From Balanoglossus misakiensis (Eukaryota > Animalia > Hemichordata): a stretch of DNA of 64,000 bases. The notes under the pieces are model-generated. The model saw only the letters and a list, made by a program, of their open reading frames with translations, was not told where the DNA came from and searched no databases. How positions within the stretch are numbered: position 1 is the first letter of the stretch; the number at the start of each line of letters is the position of its first letter. Shown here piece by piece: positions 53,623 to 64,000 of the stretch. The position numbers and the translations under genes were made by a program. Location of the stretch: NCBI GenBank assembly GCA_040954595.2, contig CM082580.2:9402390-9466389 (forward strand), read 5' to 3'.

Positions 53623-56600
53623 CTATCTTCGTATCAATACAAAAACAGTACAAAACATAGAGAAGAGCAGCTGTATCGACGAGAGAACATGATTGGTTGA
53701 CGACGGTCTGTCTATTTGAAGTGGTGGAGCTAGGGTGGCAAAGATGGCAGTAGTCATGTTGGTTGGGACGTCCATATTACATATCCCCCATTCACAACAC
53801 GATACACATTTCTGTAACAGAATGGTACAGGAAACTTTAGGAAACCAATGAACTCCACTGCAAACAAGATAAACCCGTTCTTAAATTGAAAGCATAAACT
53901 GCATAAAAGTACCAGAGCTAAATCAACTCTCTGTATTGCATCTTACCCTCACGTCACTTTGCGTTGTTGCATGGCAACCGACAGTCTCTTCACTACAATC
54001 GTATTCTCTTGCGCATCTTTTAAAAACATCTAAACTGCTACCGTCTGTTGTGTTAAAATGATGCTCTGTATAGCAAAACTGTGTGCCTACACAAATTTAA
54101 GAAGAGACAGAAAAGAAAAGTTAAAGTACATCTGTTAGTTTACTTGCACACTCTGTGGAAACAATCTTCACATGAAAACAAAAGTTATATCACTAAGAAC
54201 ACGAGATGGCGCCATACACTGAGGACTGCAGTTTTGCTAACTTTCTACACGTTTGTACCACACGCACATTTGCAGTATGGATGCCGGATTGATTTCTTTG
54301 ACATGCTTGAAACACTCCTTATCAACAGTGAAGTGCATCAACAAATACTTGTCCCACTTTTAGCGTCCACTTACAAGCAAACCTCACCGACACTGTTGAT
54401 CATCGAGGAGTGTCTGGACATGTTACTGTGGTTTTTTGTTTATGTACAGAATGTAAAGGTGTCAGGCGATTGAAGAGCAAAACAATGTAGAGTTTCCAAA
54501 CTCTGTTACAGATGTAAACACTTTAATTGCTGTTCTCAAGAGAAGTTCTTAGAGTTAAAGCTACCCCAATCTCTATCTTCACACATGATGCATAGAGAAT
54601 TCTAAAACTTCTCTCATTAGTTTCCAAGAGCATGTGGCCGATATAGACCAAAAAGTAAATGCTGGCAGTATCATACATAATGTGCATTCAATAAAAAACA
54701 CAATAAAACACAGTTGATACAAGCTCTAAAATAAATCAAGATAGTTGCAACTGTCCCACAGCTAATGATTTCATGGAATGCAGAGGAACCAAATCAAGCA
54801 CAATGCACTGATGGTATATACTGATAAATCATACACGTATATCACACACACTGTGTGCGTCTGACCGAGTTCAATGCCAGGCTAGAGTACGGTACATGAC
54901 CACTAATAGATTGGTGTGATTGGACTATCACAGACATAAAACACTTCATTTGCAATTACCTGTCATTTAAAACTCTGCCTTTTTAAAAAAAACACAAAGC
55001 ATTGTTCGGTGGGTGGCCTCCCGACTGCTCTGTATTCGCCTGACAGAGGAGCCACTGTATACCCACATTTCTTTAAAAAAATTCCACAACTGATGAGAGA
55101 AATAACTAAACGAACCACCACATTTTTCAATTACATGTATGATTGCAGCCGCCCTATTCTCAGACGCGCGGCCAAATTGAATGCATTAGAACTGTGAAAT
55201 TAGAAAATCACAAGAAAATAGAGTTCTCTTGTGAACAGCACCATAGTCAGCTGCATTTACTTTGAAAATCGTGGATATAAACCTTGGCATCACTAACACC
55301 CTTTGTAGGTTTTACACACTCATTTAAATCTCGTTACTGGAGAAAAAAGAAACAGGTTGGAAGCAATGATGGCGATCTTACAGCCAGTACTCGTATTACA
55401 AGATGTACTTATCATGAAATTTTCCGACAGACCGAAAGATATCCCTAAAAGGGCAGATAGATAACATAGATTCACAAATAAAGACCCAGCCTAGGAAGGA
55501 GATAAAAGGAGAGATGGGAACTTACCTAATGGACAGTATGCATCTAATGCACCTATATTACATGCATGATTGTCTTTTGTTCTGCATGAGATACATTTTA
55601 GTGCGTCTGGAAACGGCGTCGCTGCAAATAAAACAGAACACAGCAAATATTAGATATCTCCATTAGCCTGTGATGCTCGGGTTTAAAGGAGCTCATTCCT
55701 GAATCATTACCCAGAAACTATTAGTAGATTTACTTTCTTGGAAACTTCTGCAGTCTGTGATGACATAGCTCTAATGATTAGAAGAGCTCTTGGAAATGGT
55801 TCTCTGAAAAGAACTTCAATTTTACTGACAAGGTTTTTCTCCAAAACATATGTAGAAATTAAACGATAGCTCATGAGACATATGCTGCATTGTACTGTTG
55901 GTAAGTTGGTATACCATATCCCCTTACAAGCCTCAAAAACATTTAGAAATCCACTTCTACACATAAACCCACCTTTGATGTATAAAACTTAATGGGATGT
56001 GAAGGATCTCTGCGATTATTGGCCGGAATTATCCCAACACTTAGTAACCCTTCCAGGCATTTTGCCGTGGCAAATGCCAAAATTTAAAACACGACCAGAA
56101 CTTTTTATCTTCTTAATGGAAGTTGGAATAAAACAGTTTAGCATTACAACCCTGAGGGGCGAACTATTTGTAGATGCTGTTCTGTTTAAAGAATGTACCG
56201 ATGGTTATTAACTTGGGTGATGGTGGCTTTGTGTGCAAACCGACAGAGCATCGACTGTCGACATAACACCCTTTGGTAAAACCTCAGTGTCACGGTCAGA
56301 AAGTGCAAGTCTTTTCAGAATTTTCTCATGTCATATCTGTGAGTGTTTTGGCTTCCACTTTGAAGAACTTTGACCTATTTTCTTCAACATTCCGCACAAT
56401 TTTGGCTCTCTGCGGTGAAGTGATACCGGTAAGGTCTTGGAAATGTCAATTCCAGCACACAGCAGTTCAGGTTGAAAGAAAAATGTTTGCTATAGGTTAC
56501 ATACCATGCCATGTATACTGAAAGACATGGTGACCTTTTAAGAAACAAGGAGCACTTGCCTAAACCCTTTCACCCCCAGTTCCCTGTTTAGAGGTCCAAC

Positions 56601-56813
56601 TTTACCATAGGAAACAGTGGGTTTGGACTGAACCATGGTGGTGAATGGGTTAAAACAACATATCGTGGGTGTCTACTTACTATCATTGCCGAATGCAGGT
56701 ATAAGACCAGCATATATGGTGTTATTTTCAATGGAGATGTTGGCTGCAGTGGCACTGAGTAGGCATACTAGCAGTATTGTCTGATTCAGAATCTCTTTCC
56801 ACTGCAGTCTCAT
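53623..56813 (-). CDS. LYPD6: LYPD6/LYPD6B-like Ly6/uPAR three-finger protein, predicted secreted and GPI-anchored; exons 56681-56813, 55526-55621, 53947-54086, 53623-53811 (185 aa)
   Basis: Signal-peptide-like MRLQWKEILNQTILLVCLLSATAA. The LU domain TTPFPDALKCISC...HACN..ALDAYCP..TQFCYTEHHF...KRC...DC...GC...KCVSCCEWGICN has 12 Cys and is followed by a hydrophobic C-tail. All introns are GT-AG with consistent phases. PolyA signal (minus strand) near 51449-51454. Confidence 0.9.
56561..56653 (+). mobile_element. MITE copy 4 (in a LYPD6-like intron)
   Basis: TAAACCCTTTCACCCCCAGTTCCC...GGTCCAACTTTACCATAGGAAACAGTGGGTTTGGACTGAACCATGGTGGTGAATGGGTTAA, with terminal inverted repeats CCCTTTCACC / GGTGAATGGG. 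Confidence 0.72.
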
Positions 56814-59800
56814 CCTCTCATCTTGCGTATTCAACAAGTCATCTACACCAATCTGAAATCAATATAGAGAAACAGAACATAGATTTTAGTACACTGCAAA
56901 ACATAAGCATGACTGTGTGCTTCAGGACTAAATATCCGAAGTAAACAGACCAGAGTAGGTCCACATGTCATACGTATGCAAAAAGCTAATTTCAGAAAAC
57001 CATGCCTGGAGAGTCAAAAACCAACTTGGTCCACATGTACAAAACAGTTGGAGCCAATATGAAAATGATAAAACCCTGAACTTTCAATTACCCGAGGTTA
57101 ACACATGCGATGCCAATCCCGTTAACACACAGTGATTACTTGGAAACAAAGTAGAAGCATACAGTCTGGCTGTACTGTTCTTGTAATCACTCTTTTTAGC
57201 TGAGGCAAGTACTGGTGTCTGGCATCTGACCCGGATTACTGTCAAATGGACTTACCCTGAACAAATCACACAGTAATACATACCAGATACTTGAAGGTTT
57301 AAAGGGCCAATGGGGGTGAAAAGTTCACGAGGAAAACACTTTTCTCACAGGGTAAAGATTTGGAAGGTTCTGGTTGTGACAGCCCCGTCTGGTAACCATT
57401 TATACAATATCTGACTACATACATGTACATGTATCCACTATCCACATGGGTTGTTTCATCTTTTTATAATTGACAGAAACCATTGTACCTCACCCGATTC
57501 TTGTAATGCACAAGTCGTGGCAATCTTATTGGAAATATTTCAATGTGAAATAATAAAATGTTTTTCGCGCTGAAAGAGTGATAGGCTCTGCAAATATCAC
57601 ATGGATGAATCATCAATGACACTGTGTTATACAGATCAACCGAGTCACCAGCAGCTGAATTGAATTTTTGAACAGTTCATTTAGAATTTCATACCACCCT
57701 GATACATTTCCATCAAACTGCTGACAGGTTCCAAAAGGACTCTGCCTGGGGCCGATTTGTACTCATCAATCAGACGAAATAATTGTTGCAGTCGCCCCAT
57801 CTTTCTCTCCCCGAGTAAACTCAATTGAGTTGCATTCTGGGTAATCACTGCAACTTCATCATGCCACAGAGCTCATTTTCTCTAGGAGACATCGATATGT
57901 CGGTGAGACGAGGTCACGGCGACTGATGATGATTTTTGGGAACGGAAAGAATGCACCCCTGCAAAAAAGTGAAGCCGCACGACAAACGCAGCATGTGTTT
58001 CGAATCTTCACTTCGCAGCTGTTAATATCCGGACATCAAATGACGTGTGTAGGAATGCATCACCTCAAAATCCCAGGCCATAGACTGGACTGGTGTTGAA
58101 TTTTTTTCTGGGTTTTCTGCATAATTATACCAAAGATGAATCAATGTGACAACAGTGCAATCAAACTACAAATTAATGTACTTACAATTAATCAATTTGA
58201 TTGCAACTATCTGTTCACATGTGGGAACTCCATGAAGGAAATTGGGGTCAAACTGTTAAAGGAGGTGTCTTTTTTTCTTTTTCATGCTCTCAAGTTTCCA
58301 AGTCTCTGATTAGAAGACACACTTAGAATACTGATGCATGAAGCAAGCTACCCAGATGTAGTTTGTAAGAATGATGGAACTGCAACTCAAGGATTGTTAC
58401 TTTGAAGCCAGGCCTGGCTTCTCTCGTTCAACGCAGTCCAAATCACACCCACCAACAGAACATATCGGCTGTCAAGTGGCCAATCCAATTTTCAAGATGA
58501 AGGATGGTTTGTATTAGTTTGGGAATCCGACGTCGAATGAAAAATCAGCCAGCTTGAAATTTGCTCCCGATGTAAGAAATGACGGAGCATGCTGGGTGCC
58601 AAAAGAGCAGCCCCAATTTTCATCACGGCTGTAATTGAAATGGGATTTCAACATCTAAAATGTATGACCAAATGCTGAATTCCACGGAAAGGTGAAAGCG
58701 AGTTGAGAGAGAATTCCATTATTCATCTCCTGTCACACAGCGATGTTTTCTTTTAACTTCCTCCTCACCATTCAAAGTGACAAGATTTTCTCTCTCGGAA
58801 ACAGCCAGGTGTCTCTGATATGTGCCGTGTCTTCAATAATCAATGGATTTCCATACCTTTCCATTTCCTCGCTGCCTGTATTTCATTCCCAGCCCTATAA
58901 CTATGGAATCCGACACTGTCTAATATCATATTCCATGATTAGAATAATGGCGGATTATCAGCAGGATTCCATCCGTATGATTGAATATCACTCCGACAAA
59001 TAATTGCTGACTGCTGAGCACAGTCAAACAGCATTGGGTTTTGTCCCAGTACTCCCAAAGTGACTTGGCTATCTATCAGCTCTGGTAAAATGACTGCCGA
59101 CTGATCTCGTCAAGACCACCAAGAAATAAACAAATTTCTCTCCGTGCCAGTTTCACTTATCAGGAATTCCGTTGAACTTTCCATGTTCGATCCCTGGAGG
59201 CAATCCCTTGCAGACTCTAAGACACGGGGTATAGTCCTGTATAGCTGCCGAATCACCCAGAATGTGTGTTTTTACAGAGGTAACATAAATAGAGGATAAC
59301 TTCTAAGTGGTTTGCTGAGACCGGGTAAAGTCTTTTCCATTATGGACATTCTGGTATCGATGCACACGTATTAGCTACTTAAAAGTAAACCTTTTGTGAA
59401 CTGATACTCAGCAACTGGTCATGCCTCCAGAAAACGGGACACACAACAGTAAATAAAGAAACTGACTGATTAAAATCAAACAGGAAATTGGGAAGGGAAA
59501 ATTAATGAACCGCTAATTAATTAAACAATTAGCAATGAGCAAATCAACAAGTTAATTGAATACCACATGGAAAGAACTAATTAATAAAACAGCATGGGGT
59601 ACTACCAGCCAACAGATGTGATACACTGGTATGCATCTCCACAATGTATCAAGAAGCCATCAAAGTACTACAGTGTGTTAGTTTTCCACTTGTGACATCA
59701 CAAATACGTATCTGAATTGCGATGTGTTGAAAACTGCAATTTTGTATATTCCAGGCATAAGACTGAAAGATTCAGTCTTTCCTGGATGTATGGTACATGT

Positions 59801-62800
59801 ACACCCATCTCAACCGCCAACCAGCTAGAGTGGGAAGGTTTAATAAGAGGAGTGAGACTGAAAGTGCAGACATGAATGAATCTTTCCCTCCATCTGCGCA
59901 ATCACCCATTTTCTCCCTCCGCGAACTATCAGGACACACCCATCTCTAGCGACAACCACTCGACAAACCACCTAGAAAATCAACCAACCAGCGAAGGAAT
60001 TCCACGACTTCCAAACCGAATACAGCAGAGAAAGTGTGCCAAGAACGGAGAGAGGGGCACAGATCATATACACAGTACAATATATCAACATAATTAGAAT
60101 ATTTTAGTGTGAAGTTCACATAAACATCTAAGCATACCTGTACAGTACATGCTACCAAAAATTACGGAAATCATTCAAATTCCAAAACATGTCACCAAAT
60201 ATTTTTCATTTACGACTGTCTCTAAACAAATTCTAGCTCAAGTTATTCTGCTCTCCCCCGTGGATAGAGAAAACAGACCAGTATTTGTGTATGCTGATAC
60301 TCGATATGAATGTTGCTGGGATCTTTCAGGCATACCGCGCATATGGCAGGCTTGTTAGTCACTGTTTATCATTTTTCACCGCAACACTAGCAAGCGCTGT
60401 CAGATTGCTTTCGGTGTGGTGTGATGTGACCCTATTGGCCGGAATGCCTACTGGTATACATGTACATGCACACATCTTCACATATTTTACTCTTACATGC
60501 ACAAACTGTCTCACTCGAAGTCAAAGTGTTAAATTCGGTATTTTGTTAGAACCGCTGACATCTTGTGAACATAAATTTGCATAATGAAATATACCACACT
60601 GTACACAGACTTGCATCAAACATAAAGGTGGGGCCAGGCCTGTTAGATATGGATGAAATTATTCCAATTCTGTTTAAATATTAATTTGGTTCGGGAAGGT
60701 TTTAAATCTTGTTTGTGCTTCTCTGTAAAAGTGCTTCAGGAGCCCAGAAATCCAAAATAAAACAGAACTTAAATGGGAGGAACCTGAAGTGGTCATAAAC
60801 CTTGGAAAATATAAAAGCACAGCGTACATGTACACAGACATTCTGACTCTGCAAGTCTTTAATCATCCGACAACCCCCATCTCCTGTATTTATTACATTT
60901 CTCACATATCTACACTCTAGCTGTGATATTTTAAATCATCTTGTTACTTTTATTGCAGTTTAGATGAATTATTTACGGTGTACGCAAGACCCTAACCTAT
61001 GCACATTTTCCCTGAACGGATCCACAGTTCGATTTTTATGGGAAACATTTTATGGCAGCATTTTAATGGAAAAACTTTCCTGTACCTGTGCACACTTTTG
61101 ATACAGCCAATATTTGTGATCATATTTCATATCCCGAGTAATGCTTGTCAACAGTAAATTTAAGTATTTTTTTTTCAGATTCGCAGTTGTGATGAACATA
61201 CTTATCTAACATTTTAAAGTTAGAGAGTTGAAGCAACAAGTTTGCGTAAATAAGCAGACACAACACACAGTAGAACTCTGGGGACTTCTATTCAAAATTG
61301 TTCCTTTCATGGTTTGGATTTAAAGAAATCGCTAAACCAACAAACAACCGACTGAAGTCTACTCAATAAATAAGAAGATATTCAAACTGTGTTTTAGTTA
61401 ACCCACAGTTTTTCATTCTTTACCTGCAAAGGGAAATATTTCATGGAGAAAACTACCTGTAATTGGCATGAAATCACCAGTGATGATTAGACTAACACAC
61501 AAATATACTTTGTGAACATCAATAGCAATGATTGCACAAGTAGATCACATGTAACAATCAGTGCAGTGTATCAGCATTTCCCCCTGCAGCCCACACACAA
61601 ACATTTTGAAAACTTCCTGAAAGGCAAAAAATAGGTACTGTATATGGTAAGTGTAAAGTGCAGAAACATTCATCACAAAACATTTAAAGAAGCTTTGAGA
61701 AACTCACTTTACGAGGCATAAAAAGTTCCTACTCCAGTGGCGTGAGAAACTGAATAAACAGTCGAGTAGAGGCACTTGAATGGAGTAAATTCCAGCTACA
61801 TCCTGCCACCATGGAAGTCAAGCAAGAACTACAGAAACTGTCAGTGTGTAATTTACATAGGATATGTACATGTACAAGCCGCTGTGATGTCATCAGTGCT
61901 GGTTGCTAAGCAACATTTGTGGGTCTCCGCCTTGAGATGGTTAACCCAAGGTTTAGGCCACAGTGTTTGGATTTGGGGATGGCCATAATAATATACGTAC
62001 AATACAACAGGGATTTCCCCAGATCAGTTACATGTGGTCAAGTCTTGATGACAAGTTCGAATGTTTTGGAGGAAATATCCAGAGTCACAATGGAAAAATA
62101 CTGGAATATTGCAAAAAAAGGGTTTGAGATTTAAAAATACAACACATTCCAGAATTTTTCCAACCCTCTATATAACTGTCATTCAGACACATGAGATGAT
62201 GTACTGTGCAGTAAGCCAGCTTTGATGGATGGGATTTACTGGGGACATTTTCTCTCTGCCAGAAATCAAGACATAATAGGATTCACAGCGAGATTCATAC
62301 AACATTAAAACTTGTATGATAACTTCGTGAACTCTTAGTAACCCCATCATGCAAGAAAACTCGATTTGCGCAAGGCAGTCACATCCCAAGTCGGTGCTCC
62401 ATCTTTTCTTTTCTTCATTCATCACAATAAACCCGGATGGCTTCTCCATCATTTGTCATTTAGAAATTCTCTTTTGGAGAGGGATAAAATCTCCGCTGTT
62501 GCTCTCGTGTCAAGTTCCGGCAAGTGCTGGATGATGTTCCGTACACTAGCAAGATTGATGAACAAACCATCGTGCTGCCAGGGTCCTCCAAAATGACTTT
62601 TTTTCACAAGATTAAATATATATCAAATTTGTATTCTGTGCAGGAACCGTTAAATACCACAGGTCTGCTCTTGATATTCTTGTAAGATTGATGGTTTTTG
62701 CAATTTTTGTGAAGCTTCCATCATCTTTCTCATAAAATATTCATAGTTTATGCAAATTATACAGCAGAGTATTGATCCCACATCATTTGAGTGTGAAAAA

Positions 62801-63751
62801 TTCTGGATTTTACAGCAAAGAACTTCATCTTTTCCTACAGAAGTTTTGCTCAGAAAAGAAGTTCATCTTTTCGGGTTCCTATAGAAGATTATCTCAAATA
62901 CTAGCAAAATAGCGCCTGTTTCTTGAAAATGGGTCACATTTTATCACTTGACTAGAAGGAAACTGCAAAGCCTGTCTGTATGTTTGGGGAAGCCATTTCG
63001 AATTTGAAGGCTCGCTGGGGAACGAGGCAAAGTGTAACAAAACAAAATGATACTCTCACTCCAAATTAAACCCTGAACGATCAATGTTCCCCAACACCAC
63101 CCTGTAGGCTACAGTTAATGGCAACCACGAGCTATTCTGAGCCAATAATCTCCTTGCAGCAGTGAGCAGTTCATTAAATTCAGTCGGCAAACATTAGACA
63201 TGTCATTACTGACAATTTAGAACAGGTAAACTGCCATTACAAGCTGGATCACAACTCCCCCTGGGAATTAGCTCAGCCTTAAATAATTGACACTGCTGAC
63301 AAAAGCATTCATCTTGGATTGCACTTTCAGCATTAGCTTTCCTAACTCTTTATAATTTCTGAAAGTCAAGATGCAACCGACTTTTTAAAAATGTAACACT
63401 CAGAACACATTTCATGCCTTCTGACCGTATCACCTTTTAAATTTTTAAGCATAACACAGTATCATATCCCAATGGTCAAGATGATCTACTTTCCAATTTT
63501 GTATCGTGCGTATCCCATAATGCATTTGTACATATACTGGAGAGCTATTCTCCTGAGGCTATATACTCAATGGTAAATATACTAATGGCAATAAACTGTT
63601 TCTCACATGAGGAATCAGTTTCTATTTGTGTCTCATGGGTGTGTTCACACATGATGGTCATCAAAATGTCAGTTCGCAGGATGACAGAGGGATAAATGGG
63701 GGATTCCATGCCTGCATATAGGACAGTTTCCTGTTTAGTGTTTTGTTTGAG

Positions 63752-63777
63752 CCCCCCCCCCCCCCCCCCCCCCCCCC
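63752..63777. repeat. Poly-C homopolymer (26 nt)
   Basis: Read directly from the sequence. Confidence 0.9.
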
Positions 63778-64000
63778 TTAGAGCAGACAGAACCTCTCAA
63801 CCCATAAATTACTGAGGACACTACAGAGGCAAAGTTTTTGACCCTAACCTGCGGTGACCTCACGCTATCACAATAAGATCTTTGTTGAATTATACCTATG
63901 CCACAAGGTTGTCTCTTCATGTACAATAGTCGAGATACCGGATTTCCATATCTGTTTGTATTCACTGTGTATTCACCCCATTGTCAACCTCGATCACTAC

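Noticed and set aside
56505-56517. 13-nt segment with AG/GT flanks in LYPD6-like intron 1
   Set aside because: Not a multiple of 3, and the flanking exons already join in frame.
58404-58421. 18-bp palindrome GAAGCCAGGCCTGGCTTC
   Set aside because: Isolated, with no TSD or second copy, and a length that is plausible by chance in 64 kb.
63735-63965. ORF with a poly-Gly run
   Set aside because: Artefact of the poly-C homopolymer.
57000-64000. Short ORFs in the distal 7 kb and a Staf-like motif at 63511
   Set aside because: No coherent exon chain or homology was recognised. This is probably LYPD6-like upstream or intronic DNA, though small exons could have been missed.

Overview
Eukaryotic (invertebrate bilaterian-like) genomic DNA: AT-rich, mostly GT-AG spliced genes with short introns, and CpG-rich promoters. 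Exons were reconstructed by eye and boundaries may be off by a few nt. Seven genes are supported: CUL2 (-), DBI/ACBP (+, head-to-head with CUL2), SCAP (-), COASY (-), ANKRD28-like PP6 ankyrin subunit (+, head-to-head with COASY), an intronless bacterial-looking GNAT-fold ORF (+) and a LYPD6/6B-like three-finger protein (-) that the ORF track misses. The most notable observations are: (1) CoA synthase ending in a canonical peroxisomal signal, -SKL*; (2) an intronless GNAT-like gene with a broken acetyl-CoA motif, a candidate horizontally acquired or pseudo-enzyme gene; (3) a tight DBI-SCAP-COASY lipid/CoA neighbourhood with a perfect DR1 element; (4) an in-frame 24-nt microexon in ANKRD28; (5) U12-type and GC-AG introns in CUL2. 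Small TTAA-flanked MITEs and TAG-ended hairpin elements are also present. No tRNA, rRNA or CRISPR array was seen. Family assignments come from recalled sequences, not database searches.
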